Of a stretch of 64,000 nucleotides of DNA, positions 1-13,687 are shown piece after piece. The DNA is from Octopus vulgaris (lineage: Eukaryota): positions 71,052,001-71,116,000 of the forward strand of contig OX597821.1 of the NCBI GenBank assembly GCA_951406725.2. The letters run 5' to 3'. The notes beneath the pieces are model-generated. The model was not told the origin of the DNA. It worked only from the letters and a program-made list of their open reading frames with translations, and did no database searches. How positions within the stretch are numbered: the stretch's first letter is position 1; each line of letters opens with the position of its first letter. Both the position numbers and the translations under genes were made by a program.

Positions 1-584
1 GGTCGATGTAATCAACTTACCCCTTCCCTCGGAAAAACTCCTCCTCCTCGCCGCCACCGCCACTGCCACCACCACCAGCAACAACAACAACAACAACAAC
101 AATGGAGGGTAGCAAGCTGGACGAAATGCAGAGCAGCATTTCTTGCGGCTCTTTATATTCCCAGTTCAAATCCTGCCAAGGTTGACTTTGCATTTCATCT
201 TTCTGGGGCCAATTAAATGAGCACCAGTTGAGCAATGATGAGTAACATCTTTTTATTACCAAGTACAAATGCTAACTTTAGTCATTTTGCCCTTGTTTAG
301 TATTAACAAGTAAATGTATAGAATTGTATGTTTGTTTTAAAATGAAATAATTCTTAAATGTCATCATCATCATTTAAGATCTGTCTTCCATGCTGGCATG
401 GATTGGACACTTTGACAGGAGGTAGGCAAGGCTGGAGAGCTGCACCAGGTTCGATTGTCTACTTTAGCATGGTTTCTACAGCTGGACACCCTTCCTAATG
501 CCAATCACTTTACAGGGTGCACTGAGAGCTTTCTATATCGTACCAGCCATTTATATGATAAATAATAATTAAACAGATGAAAGT

Positions 585-754
585 ATTCAGTTCTATATTT
601 GAGAGATGAGGAATTATTTACATTATTTACATTTGACGGATATTTGTCCTCGTCTTGTTTGTTGTTAACACGTTTCAGCTGATATATTCTCCAGCCTTCA
701 TCAGGTGTCTTGGGGAAATTTCGAACCTGGGTTCTCATTTCTAAGGTATTTTTC

Positions 755-793
<39 letters not shown>

Positions 794-998
794 CATTATT
801 ATTCAGGTCACTGACTGGAATCGAACTCAGAATCTTGGGGTTGGTAGCCCGCGCTCTTAACCACTACGCCACATGCCTGTGGGCATATTTCCCCAAGACA
901 CCTGATGAAGGCTGGAGGGTATATCAGCTGAAATGTTGTGTTAACAACAAACAAGATGAGGAAAAATGTCCGTCAAATGTAAATAATGTCAATAATGT
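585..998 (-). mobile_element. tRNA-derived SINE-like element with hammerhead-motif tail and an inverted 5' copy of the tail (Penelope-type architecture)
   Basis: Minus strand: A box TGGCGTAGTGG and B box GAGTTCGATTCC (~806-876), then (TAA)n, then tail with CTGATGA...GAAA. Tail 613-718 is inverted at 888-996. Flanked by direct repeat AGATGAAAGT (575-584, 999-1008). Confidence 0.8.
897..942 (+). ncRNA. Minimal type I hammerhead ribozyme-like motif (partly decayed)
   Basis: gacac-CTGATGA-a-GGCTG(gagggtatat)CAGCT-GAAA-TG-TT-gtgtt; stem I gacac/gtgtt; activity untested. Confidence 0.55.
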
Positions 999-1782
999 AG
1001 ATGAAAGTTTTTTTAATGCTTTAAACATTAAAAACACTGAACTAAGCACAAATATGCAATAAAAAAAAAGGGAAAAAAATATTTTTGTCAGCAATGAATA
1101 TCATTTTTCATTAGCAAGCAAAGATAATTAACTTCAGAGGTTTTAAGCGTATTTGCTATCATCACCAATATAAGCACAATGTACTGCTATGTATGCACCG
1201 CCGAGGTCAACTTATCCTTTCATCATTTCGGGGCCAATAAATTAGGTACTAGTTGCATACTGGAGTCAATCTAATCAACTGGCCCCCTCCCTCAAAATTT
1301 CAGGCCTTGGACCTAGAAAAGAATATATGAGATGTTAATAACTAAAGTAGATTTTACAGCTAACCGCAAATCAGCAGCAGCAGCATTTGGCATCTATTTT
1401 CCATGCTGGCATGGGTTGGACAGGGTCAAAGAGGCCACTGGCTGTGTTGACCACTAATGTCAGCTTTGGCATGGTCTCTTCAGCTGGATTCCTTTCCTAA
1501 TGCCAACCACTTAAGAGTATATGCTGGTTGCTTTATATATTAGCTAATATGCTACCTAGGATCTAGAAATGGCCAAGTCCACCAAGGGAGTATAACTGAC
1601 TGCTGTAACTTGTGATCTCTGTAAAAAATTGATGAAAAATTTATGAAGTTGAGCACCACTATAGTAGACGACATTCGCTCAAGGTGTCACACAATGGGAC
1701 TAAACCCAGAACCATGTGGTAGGGAAGCAAGTTTTTACGTGCTACTGGTGCAGGAGGGCTAATATATATATATATATATATA

Positions 1783-2110
1783 TCATCATCATCAACGTTT
1801 AACACCTGCTTTCCATGCTGGCATGGGTTGGACAGTTTGGCTGGAGACTAGCAAGCCAGGAGGCAGCACCAGGCTCCAATCTGATCTGGCAATGTTTCTA
1901 CAGCTGGACGCCCTTCCTAATGCCAACCACTCCGAGAGTGTGGTGGGTGCTTTTTACATGCCACCAGCATGGGAGCCAGTTAAGCGGCACTGGGATCGAC
2001 CCACACTTGAATGATGTTTATTACGTGCCACCAGCACAGTAGCCAGTCAGGCAGCACTGACAATGGCCTCATTCAGATGGTGCTTTTTACGTGCAACTGG
2101 TGCAGGAGGG
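1783..2110 (-). mobile_element. RTE-LINE 3'-end fragment (representative of >15 copies, e.g. 5669-5930, 16070-16530, 20412-20560, 29586-29970(+), 30088-30245, 36068-36270, 37047-37460, 46670-46935(+), 50785-51135, 57490-57802, 59697-59940)
   Basis: (CAT)n followed by ttccatgctggcatgggttggac...ctacagctggatgcccttcctaa, the reverse complement of the LINE 3' end at 45100-45317. Confidence 0.85.
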
Positions 2111-2133
2111 CTAATATATATATATATATATAT

Positions 2134-2399
2134 TCACGTGATCACGTGACCGACCAGACCATCAGATGTTGTTACACATCGCTGGTCACAATGCGTTCGC
2201 ATTGTTTTTGCCTTCGAATGACGCCACCCCGCTGGCTAAGCGAGCAGGCCAACAGACGAAAGAGTGAGAGTGGTGAAAGAGTACAGCAGGCATCACCACC
2301 CCCTGCTGGAGCGTCGTGGAGCTTTTAGGTGTTTTCGCTCAATAAACACACACAACGCCCGCGAGTCCGCTGCCCTAACCACTGGGCCATTGCGCCTCC
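2134..2399 (-). mobile_element. tRNA-derived SINE with TCACGTGA tail (internally deleted copy)
   Basis: Head GGAGGCGCAATGGCCCAGTGGTTAGGGCAGCGGACTCGC; colinear with 30516-30823 but lacking the B box. Confidence 0.8.
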
Positions 2400-4389
2400 A
2401 CATATATATATATATATATATATATATGTATCACATACACACAACAGACTTCCACAAAGTTTCTGCCAAGTGAATTAACCCGCAAGGCATTGATCATCCA
2501 AACTCCAGGGCTACAGAAGAAAACACTTGCCCAGGGTGCCATGCAGTGGAATTGAACTGGGAATCATGTCTTCACAAAGTGAGTCTCTTAACCACATGGC
2601 CACGCTTGTGCCTGATCTTCTAATCATGAAAAGTCCAATAAAAAAACTTTTGGGGTTTTTTTTTGTGTTTTTTGCAGTAAGAAAAGCTCATCTCTTCTAG
2701 GCTGCCAAGTAATGAAGACATCAAATGAATTGGATCTCAGATTGAAATGGATCTGTATGGTGTGCGAGGTGGGGGTGCCGTTCAGAGACTGAGGATGTGG
2801 AATCTAAATACACCCTATTAAAGCATCAAGGTACCAGTTGTAAGTAGTAAAGACATATCCTTTTCCCCCACTTTTTCCCCCCTCTTGTAGCAGGCTTCAA
2901 TAAATAAACAACAGTCTGCTATTTAACAGGAAAATATGAGGTGGATGTAAGTGATAGAAACAAAAAAAAAAAAAACAGCAGATCAAGAAAATATAAGTGT
3001 TAGGGCCTAACATGAGGGAGGGGTAGGATACCAGGGAGGGTTAGATGGTTATTTCAAGAACAAAATTTAAAAAGAAAAAAAAAAAGAAGAGAAAAAAGAA
3101 CACAGACAAGTGATCGAAACAAGGTAGGTGGCGTTGTTGAAGTAAGATGTATTAAAGATGTAAATACATAGAACCAATAAGGGTAGCAATAATATTTTGA
3201 AAAAGAAAAAGCAAAAACAAAGTCCTAGCCTAGCGTTTCATGGGGTTGGTATTTGTAAGGAGCAGCGATGGGGGTGGAGTGGGGGTGCAAAGATTGATTA
3301 TTTTGAAATGCTTGCTGTGGTGAAGGTTTTTGTTGGTGGTAGGGGATATATGATATGGTAAGGATGGTAAGCAATTGCAGTGGGGGAGGGGGAGGGCGGC
3401 TGTTATAATATTTTGAAAACCCTACGAGAGAGACACGAACACAGGCCAAAGAAAGTGAATGTTTAGAAATATATAAATATACATACAACAACATCAAAAT
3501 GGTAGAGAGTGTCATGAGGGACGTTTGACTACTAATTCTAGCAAATCAAGCAACAGAAATCTTTAAAACAATAAAAACAAATATAAACATGTGTATTCTC
3601 AGTATTTTGTTCCGATTCTTTAATTTCAACTTGTAGTAATATCTAACCCCCACCAAATACTATAACAAAATGATAATTGGCCTTGTGTTGTCTGCTAGGA
3701 GATGCCACATGTCTATAAAAATGGTTACTCCTATTTTCTATGATCAAAGAGTTCCAAACATGACAGTTCCATCTTCTTTTCCTTGAGACTGAGTGTAGAA
3801 ATAAGATGACACAAACATGTCCTTCCTTTTTTAAGATCATAGAGTGATATCTGAGGGAGATTTTACTGGTATTTCTAAGAGGATGAGAGACTATCAAGAG
3901 TAAGGGTTTTGTGGTACCCTTATATTTTGTGATTTTGTACGACAGAATTGATAGAGTAATGGACAATAATGCCAGCAGAATTTCATTTCAATCCTTTCGA
4001 ATCCTTTAAGACTAAGGGTTTACAAAATAAGGATCAGAGGAATGTGTTGGATAAAATTGTTTCCTCCACACTCAAACTTGTGGATGCATGCTATAAGAAA
4101 TTTTGACAAAAGAAGGAAACGTGGGGGATGGGGGGTGGTTATCAAGGAAAGAAAAAAGGAGAAAGAAATAAGGAAAGAAAAGACAAAGAGAAAAGCAGAA
4201 ATGTAGTAAAACAAACAGCAAGGTAAGAGAAAAGGGACCAGCTGGTTTAGCCTGTTGACCCCCAATACACACACACACACACACACACACTGCTTTAAAG
4301 GTCTGAGAATCTGAGAGGTTAGTACCCAACTAATGCTGTATGGGTGTTGTGTTGTTTTGTTGTGTTTTGCCCAAAGTGGGTCTCAAGAG

Positions 4390-4425
<36 letters not shown>

Positions 4426-4813
4426 AGAAGGATGGTGGGAGGTGTTTGTAAACAAACTACAGCAGCTTGCTCAGCCATGTTGAAGTACAGGAAAAACAAA
4501 CAACTACCATGGTTACAACACTATCACCACTACTACCACGACCACCACAACAACAACAACATCCATGTAATATCAAACTATCTCTCTCTCTCTCTCACAC
4601 ACAAATCCAACTGCAACTTAAAACACAGAGATAACAACGACAGTGATCAGCATCATTATCATCAACACCATCACCATCACCTTCATTACCATCATCATCA
4701 TCATGACAATGGTGATGATAATGAAAATGTATTATGATGATGATGATGATGATGACAGTGATTAGAGAATAAAGTGATGATTAGCGTTACCAATATGGTA
4801 ATACTAAGTTGTT

Positions 4814-4844
<31 letters not shown>

Positions 4845-7139
4845 ATGTTGATGATGATGATGAGAATGACAATAATGATGGTGGTGGTGGTGGTGGTGGT
4901 GGTGGTAGGTAGGGAGAATGGGAGCAGAAGGTGAGGATAATGCTGGGGAGTGAGGCTGATCTTGGTATGACAATGGTAATTTTGATGGGGGGTGGTTGTA
5001 ATATTATTAATGGACAGCAAGAACAGGGATTATCTCTTCTTATTTCAATGTATCAACAGTATTTCACGTTGCTCCAGTTCCCTGAGCTGTAGAAATAAGT
5101 TGTGACGTTACCGCTGTCAAGCTGTGTCAGCCCCTTGGCCTTTCTCTTATGTAACATCAGTGGTATGTAGAGGGGAGGCTGGTATGCATGGATGATTGCT
5201 GCTCTTCCATAAAACAACCTTGCCCATATTTGAGCTTCAGAAGGGAACTTTCTCGGTGCAATCCCATGGTCATCTCGTGATCATTGTAGGTGCAATCCCA
5301 TGGTCATTCATGACCAAAGGGGGTTTTCTATCCTCAGACTTGGTCCAAATTTTTCCAGTAGAAGAAACTCAGCAAAAGGTACCAAAGAACCAAGTTGGAA
5401 GTGGAAAGGTCATATAAGACAGCAGAGTAATGGATGAAGAAATATTCCATCGAGGAACAGATGCAGAGCAAAGCTGATATATTTCCATCATGCTTGTCTA
5501 CCTATCTGCTTTCACAAGATTTTGGTCAACTTTGAATCAGGAATATCAGCATCAAGAAGGGCACCCAGCCATAGAAACCATTCCAAAGCAGACAGAAGAT
5601 CATGTGCAGTCCTCTGGCTCTTTGGATTGTGTCATGCCATCCCACTCATTCCAACAGGGAAAGGGACATCATCATCATCATCGTTTAACGTCTGTTTTCC
5701 ATGCTAGCATGGGTTGGACAGTTCAACTGGGCTCTGGGAAGCCAGGAGGCTGCACCATGCTCCAGTCTGATCTGGCAGTGTTTCTACAGCTGGATGCCCT
5801 TCCTAACGCCAATCACTCCGTGAGTGTAGTGGGTGCTTTTTACGTGCCAGGGGAGGCTGGCAACGTCCACGATCAGTTGGTGCTTTTTATGTGCCACTGG
5901 CACGGAAGCCAGTCAAGGTGGCGCTGGCATAATGACAATGATGATGATAATGGGTGGCAGTAGCAGTGGTGGTGGTTGTGGTAGTGGTAATGGTGGTGTC
6001 AACATGTGGCGACAGTCTTGGTGGAGATTGTAAAATTTGTTTTCAGGAAAACTGTGTGTAACCTTAAACAAATTGTAAGGTTAAAGGTTAAGTATTACCT
6101 TCCCATGGTGAGGAAACATGTGGGGGACGTGTGCACTCACACACATGCACAAATACATGTACACACATACATACACACATGCACAGACATGGACATATTG
6201 TTGCTGTTATAGCTGATGGTGATGGTTATGGTGTAGTGTAGTAGTAGTAGATGGTGGGTACTAGTGGTGAGTGGGATGGTAGTGATGGTAATACTAGAAG
6301 TTTTACTGATGTTAGTGGTGGTGGTGGTGATGTTTGAATTGTAATGGTAGGGGTCATGTGATGAGGAAGTAACAACGGTGGTGGTGATGGTGGTGGTGGT
6401 GGTGGTTAAAGTTAGGTTAATCCTTCCTGCCCTCGTTATTCCGTCGCTTGTATTCTGGAGTTGTTAATACATGCAGAGATGATCGTTAATATCTTCAATA
6501 CATTTCCACTAGCATCATCATCATCATCATCGTCGTCATCATTTAATATCTGCTTTCCTTGCTGGCATGGATGGATTGGATGCGTCGACAGGAGCTGGTG
6601 AGCCAGAAGACTGCACCAGGTGCCAACTGTCTATTTTGGCAAGGTCTTTACAGATGAATGCCCTGCCTTACACCAACCACTTTGCAGGGGTGGACTAGGT
6701 GTGTTTTACATGGCACCAGCAAAATCCAATTCAGGGTTGTGGTTAAACGTAAACCTTCTGCTTAATCCAAACCTTTTGCCCTCGAGGACCAGAGAAAGCA
6801 ATCAACCTGACCAGTTCCAACACTTCTTTAGTCCAAAGTAGTTCCAGCTTTGGTCCTCAGTTGACCAAGGCCTTGTGAATAAAATCTTAGGGGACCGACA
6901 TGATGTAGCTACAAGCGTTTTATGCTGTGTGTAGGGATCAATGTCGAAAGAGGAGTTGGTTTAGGAGGGATATGTGTATATAGGGGGTGGGGCAGGGGTT
7001 ATTTCATGAAAAGAAATATATCAGTCACCTTCATCCTGTGTCCCTCACTCTTCATCCGACCCCAGAAAACCCTTTTTTGAAACAGGTGGGAACTATCAAG
7101 CAATTGGAGGAAAAGAAACCCCTTCACTTACATCTACAC

Positions 7140-7496
7140 GCACACACACACACCTCATGCTAGCATATATATATATAAATATATGTATGTGTATATGCAT
7201 ATACATATATATGAATATATATATATATATATACATATATATGCATACATATATATACATACGTACATATGTATATACATGCATATACATATATATATAT
7301 ACATATAAACATACATATACATATGTACATACACACATACATATACATATGTACATACACACATACATATACATATGTACATACACACATACATATACAC
7401 ATATATGCATACATATATATATATACACACATACATACATATATGCATGCACATATGCATACACACACTATCATGTGCACACACACACACACACAC
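7140..7496. repeat. Compound (TA)/(CA) microsatellite
   Basis: Direct reading. Confidence 0.9.
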
Positions 7497-9091
7497 CTAC
7501 AGAGTGAGATACAAACAGAAATAGATGCTAATGTTAAGATATGAGTTTATGATCTCTCTGCCTCTCTTTCCTCTTTCCATCTCTCTCTCTCTCTCTCTCG
7601 TCTCTCTCTCTCTCTCATCTCTCTCTCCAGGCATTCTCTTCCTCCTTTCTTTTTCTTTCATATTGTTTTTCTTCTTTGTTTTCTTTTTTTTGTTTGTAGC
7701 ATCATTTATGTTTGTTTAGTTTTATTTCACACTTTTCTCTGTTTGTTGATGTTATTTCCATGTTTTTTTTTGTTATTTATTCCATTATTTATTTATTTTG
7801 TAGCTCTCCACCTTCAACAGAATCTGATACAATTTCTAAAGCGAACTACATCTCTCCCTCTCTCTCTCTCTCTCCTCCTATTATTCATGTCAGTTATCCG
7901 ATTCCAGTTTTAAACCAAACTTAAACTATTCATTAGAAGGCTTTTAGTCAACTGACAAATGACAATATTCCATTTACCAAGGATATAATTAATTTAGACC
8001 CTTTGTTTTTCAATTTCTTTCTCTTTTTTTTGTTGCATTTTAATGATTTTGAGTCTTTTTTAAACTCAGTGAATCACCATCATCATCATCATCATCATCA
8101 TCACATTTACCATGCCCATGGTATGGCTGTGTGGTTAAGAAGCTTGCTTTCCAACCATATGGCTTTGGGTTCAGTCCCACAGTGTGACACCTGATGCAAA
8201 TAATTTCTGCTATTACCCAGGGCCGACCAGAACCTTGTGAATAGATTTGGTTGTTGGAAACTGAAAGAAGCTCATCATGAATGTGTGTGTGTGTGTGTGT
8301 ATGCATGCACACATGCGTGTGTGTGTGTGTGTCCCCTTGTCTTGACATCATAGGAGGGTTATCAATGAGTATCATCATCATACAAGTGATGTTGTTTGTT
8401 GACAGTCCTCCATACAAAAAAAGACGTCCATCCCCATCCTTGGAGAAGTATTACCTTGATTGGAAACAGGTGAGGATTAGCAACAGGAAAGGCATCCAGT
8501 CATAGAAGAATCTGCCTCAACACATTCTGTCAGACCCATGAAACAGAAAAGTGGACATTAAAATTGTGATGATGATGATGATGATGATGATTAACATAAT
8601 CATCTTCATACCATCATTATTATCTTCATCTGAGCCAATGAGGGACCCTTTATGTGGTAACGCAACCTGCTAGAAACAACAGTTAAATCTCCCACATATC
8701 ACATACTGTTCTTCTACTATTCTCAAAAAAGTGGTAGGACAAACTGTATTATAATGTTATCAAAGGTAACAAGCGTGCAGAAAAGGCAAAAAGAAAAAAG
8801 ATGGGAAGGACACCACCAAAATTCTTTGATTATGGATTAACTCAGAGTTGATCTGGAGTTAAACGACACCCATCATCCTCACCAAAAGTTTTTTCATGCT
8901 GGCAGTCCCTTCACGTCCGCTATCAGCACTTGCCTTAGTTCTTCTTGTCCCCTACTGTAAAACCCAGCATCAAAAAAGCTCATCCACACCAGTGGTCCTC
9001 TTTAAAAATTTGTCTACAATAATTTGGTTATATTTCTACAAAACACAAAATATTTCAATTTTTTTTAATACAATTCCTTCTCATATCTCTC

Positions 9092-9523
9092 TCTATATAT
9101 AAACGGCAAAATGCCTGTGTGTGTGTGTGTGCATGTCCTTTATACAAATCCACAATTTTTCAGCTCGCACTTTCTATGGTCATTCAAAACCATCCAAGGG
9201 TAGTCGTGCACAACTTTACATTTCCCCAGTCACCCCAGAAAGCCATTAAAAAAATCGATAAACCGCCCCCTTATGCCCAACAGTTGAATGCACATGCGCA
9301 TTTGCAGACAGTGTATGACTCAGTGCATTTTTGTGTTTGCAAAGACGCGTTATCATGTGTTTTGTCTTTCAAACGTGCACTCAGTGCATTTTTGATTTGA
9401 GAAATGCAGGGAATAATTATTTGACGGGTTAGACCAAGTGAATGACAAGAGAGAGGGATTTTCATGAAAGACCAAATATGCTTGACTAGCACTAGACTCG
9501 GAGTTGCCGGGTCATAGTGGTAG
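9092..9523 (+). mobile_element. Probable non-autonomous Helitron
   Basis: TCTATATATAAAC start, GT microsatellite, 3' GC-rich gccgggtc followed by a (C/G)TAG-like end. Confidence 0.45.
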
Positions 9524-10642
9524 TTTCATTATAAAAATCTGGGATTTTGTCCATACTTGAACCCTTGCCTCTGTTGCACACCTTAGTCGATGCCCTTTAA
9601 CACTCAATCTCTCTGCCAGCTCAGCTTCACTCAGTTGCTGCTATCATTTAGCATCGATGCTGCTCAATTCCACTGGAGGGAGTAATGCAGCGGAGAAGTG
9701 CCAAAACACTTGGGTTTGGCATTTGACAATTGACAAAGTGAATGCGTCACAGGGAGTGTGCCACAGGGAATGTGCCACGGTGCAGGCCATATTTTAAATA
9801 ATACACACACTGTGTTCACATCCGCAGATATGGAGTGAGACAATTTGATGCAGCTGTCTGGCTGCAGAATATTTAGCAGAATTAACTGGAGCATTCGGTC
9901 TGTTTTGGTATTTGTTACTGCTGTCTAACCCATGCTAGCATGGAAAGTGGACATTAAGCGATGATGATGATGATGATAAACACTTTCCCCTCATCTCGTG
10001 TGCAGAGAATGCTCACAAACATAAAACAGGGGCAGAGTGAGGGAGGGAGATTGAAAGAAGCATTGAAATGTCAAATAGGTCAGCATTGAATCAGTGGTGC
10101 CAAACAGGCAGTGCCAAAACAGCTGTGCCAGAATGTCTCAAACCCCAAAAGGTACCAGATTATCTAGAAATAAACAAATTTAGGCTGAAGTTCATTAACC
10201 CTTTAGCATTTAATCCAGCTATATCCAGCCCAAATATTTTACCTGTTTTATCTTAAAACTGACCACACCCAATCTCTCACACCTACCCTACAATGTCATT
10301 CTGAAAATATACAAACACACCACTGAAATCTTGAAGCTACAACATAATGTGTGGTTAATTCAAAAAAATCTGTAACGAGTTGTCTTCATTGATTGTCTTT
10401 TAATTGGATGCTTACTTTGTTTCTAATGACACGCTTTGTGCGTGATGACCAATGTCCAGCAGCTCATTCCATATTCATCTTATAGAAACTTTGCCCCATG
10501 GATTACCAAAAGTCTGACATATATATCTCTCATTTCAATTTCCACAACGTATTCTTACCATAATTGATATTCTGTGTATTTCTGTTTGCTCTACCAAATC
10601 TAGATTATCTTCATGGTTTAGAATTTAATTTATGTGTGTGGT

Positions 10643-10675
<33 letters not shown>

Positions 10676-11168
10676 CGCGTGCGTGCGTGCCAGAGTGTGT
10701 GTATGTGTGCCAATGTGTATGTCAGATTATTTATATTTTTCTCAAATAATCTCCTTGAAACTCATATTTTTCTTTTATCCATTCTTTCCTTCTTTTTTTT
10801 TATTTCTGTTGTTTTCAAAAGTTTCTATTATTTTTTTTTATTTTTACTTACCATTCCTTCTCTTCTACCTTTTTTTATCTTTTCACTATTGTTACTGTCA
10901 GTGCATAGATATTTGTTGTAAATGTTGTTGTTGTTGTTGTAAAACTCATTAAATTCTCAATCATTCTGTTTATGAGACAAAGCAGTAAACAAGGGATAGG
11001 ATGGAAGTAAATAATATTTTGTTATTTAGGCGCAAGGTTTATAGACTTGCAAGAAGCAATACAAAGAAAAGACAGAAGGGGATTTTCTAAGATTCCTGCC
11101 TTACTAAAAGATACAGAAATTTAAAAAAAAAATTTTTCCCTCTTTTCAATAATACCTAAGATCTTGCT

Positions 11169-11397
11169 TTGACCCTTTCATTACTGTATTTATTTTGAGA
11201 TGGTCTGTGTTTCTTGTAATTATTTTAGATATAAAACAGAATCTAGTAAAATAACTTAGTTATCATTCAGCTAGTGTTAGGGACATAAATTGTGATTAAG
11301 GTTTGGTGGAAGATTTTAATTCAAAACTTATGAAAACAAGATATTTGTGCTACAGAGCGAGGGGCGGTTTCAGCCGGATTGGTAACAAAAGGGTTAA
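11169..11397. mobile_element. piggyBac-type MITE copy
   Basis: Colinear with 50125-50352. Confidence 0.8.
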
Positions 11398-11479
11398 TAA
11401 TGGATTAGGAGAGATATAGATTAAATGATTTAAATTTAAAGAATATTTCAATGTGTCATTCCAGGATTAATAGAATTAA

Positions 11480-12058
11480 GAACCAGTCAAGTTGGCAGAG
11501 CTGGATTTTGCAGATGACAAGGTAGCATTAACTGAATCCAGACAAGACCTGCAATTACTGGTCAGCAAAGCCCAGCACTCAGGCAGCAAATACAGGTTTC
11601 AACATCAGTAACAAGAAGACCAAAATCATACTGACTCAGACTCACACTCCACCATCAGAGGTATCCATCAACAAAAGGAAGCAGAGGTATTGGACAACTT
11701 CACCTATTTTGGGGGATCCATTAGTTGCAACAGAGATATGGAGGAAGCGCTTGACTGCAGAGTGGAGAAGGTATCAGCAATATTAAACAAGATTAGTAAA
11801 ATCCAGAAGAGTGAAAAACTTTCTCTAAAAATCAGAAAATAGTTTTACAAAATGTACAGAAAATCAGCATCAACTGGAATGACCTTTCTCAATAACAAGA
11901 AGGTCAGAAGAAGAGCAGACCAGCATCCAGTGTCCATCTGAAAGCAGCAACTGAGTTAGATGAGACGTGTCATAAGACTCCCGACAAACAGACCCCTTGG
12001 GGACAACAGAACAAAGAATGCCCCAAGATGGACTAGCACCAAACAAATGACAAGGACC
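11480..12058 (+). mobile_element. Old LINE RT fragment (RTE-like)
   Basis: ELDFADDKVAL...NKKTKII...DNFTYFGGSIS...KLSLKIR with frameshifts. Confidence 0.6.
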
Positions 12059-12075
12059 TTCAACTGGTAAACCTA

Positions 12076-12305
12076 TTTCTTTACTACCCACAAGGGGCTA
12101 AACACAGAGGGGACAAACAAGGACAGACAAAGGGATTAAGTCAATTACATCAACCCCAGTGTGTAACTGGTACTTAATTTATCAACCCCGAAAGGATGAA
12201 AGGCCAAGTCGACCTCGGCGGAATTTGAACTCAGAATGTAACGGCAGACGAAATACGTCTACGCATTTCGCCCAGCATGCTAAAGTTTCTGCCAGCTCGC
12301 CACTT
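12076..12305 (-). mobile_element. tRNA-headed SINE with Nin/Deu-like central domain and 17-bp TSD
   Basis: gccgaggtcgacttggcctttcatcctttcgggg..aagtaccag; TSD ttcaactggtaaaccta at 12059-12075 and 12306-12322; other copies at ~106-230, 13185-13640 and 51465-51640. Confidence 0.8.
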
Positions 12306-12718
12306 TTCAACTGGTAAACCTACGACGAAATGATGTGTCACATGTGGATGCTGACTAGTCCTGCTGGGGTACTTTAGCTACCTCATGTTACCAGACATGA
12401 GTCTGAGAGTCTTAGTCAAACACCAAAGTTGATCAAGTCAGCTGGTCCATTCTCCAAATCTTTGTGCATTTTCTTTTTAATTCATCAAATCTTAACGTAA
12501 GCCCCAACATTTTTTTGTAACTTGCCTCTGTAATGTTTTTTTTTTAGCAAATAAATGAAATCATCGTTAATATCATTATTTCATGTTCACATTTGCATTG
12601 CAAGATTCTTGATCCAAATTCATGTGGGAACAGATTTTGTTATATCTCAGGAGTGTCATTACATCAGGCATATTATTGGTGTATTGAGCCTTCAAAGATA
12701 CTACAAAATATTATTATT

Positions 12719-12900
12719 ATTATTACCTCTGCCTTAGCAAAGGTAGAGGTATTGTTTTCAGTCATGTTTGTTTGTCTGTAGACAAGATATCTCAAGAACA
12801 GCTGGATGGATTTGGATGAAACTTTAAAGGATGTTTGGCCTCACGATTGGCACGAACTGATTAGATTTTGGGATTGATCCAGTACCAAATAGGATTCTGT
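12719..12900 (+). mobile_element. Helentron/DINE-like non-autonomous element fragment
   Basis: ttattacctctgcc..ggtagaggta hairpin start, tgtttgtctgt, gatgaaactt, attagattttgg. Confidence 0.5.
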
Positions 12901-13687
12901 GTTATTTGTTTTATTTACTTTACATGAACTATTACGATCTTACACCGACTCTCAGGTCTTTCTCTGATTACCTCCCTTGAAAGTACGCTCATGGTTCCCA
13001 CATGACTTATGGCAGTGTTGCTGTTTCCAAAGTTTTATTCTCATTTCTCTATTATTAATAGAGTAGAAACTGATGGATAAAGAAATCAAATTCCATAAAC
13101 AAACAATACCAAAACTCAGAAAGAATTACTATTATTATTGGTATTATTATTATCATTATTATCATTGTTATTATTATTATTATTAAGCTGTCAGAATCCA
13201 TTAGGCATTGAATGAAATGCTTAGCAGCATTTCTTTCGGCTTTTTATGTCCTGAGCTCAAATGCCACCAACATCAACTTTACCTTCCATCCTTTTGAGGC
13301 CAACAAAGTACCAGTGAAGTACTGGGGTTGATGTAATCAACTTGCCCCCCCCCCCTCAAATTTGCCTGCCTTGTGCCAGATCTAAAAGAATCATCATCCA
13401 TCATCATCATTATTATTATTACAGCAGTGAGCTGGTCGAACCGTTACCATGTCGGACAAAATGGTTTGTGGCATTTCTTCCAACTTCATGTCCTGAGTTA
13501 ATATGTCGCTGGGGTTGACTTCGCTTTTCATCCTTTTTGGGGGTTCAATAAAATAAGTACCAGTCATGCACTGGGGTCATGTAATCAACTAGCCCTCTCC
13601 CACCAAAGTTTCAGGCCTTGTTCCTAAGGTAGAAAGAATTATTACTATTATTATTATTATTATTATTGTTATTGTTAATATTATTAT

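Noticed and set aside
806-876. tRNA-like sequence (also 30745-30823 and other SINE heads)
   Set aside because: These are fused to SINE bodies and repeated in the window; I could not build a complete cloverleaf, so they are not called as tRNA genes.
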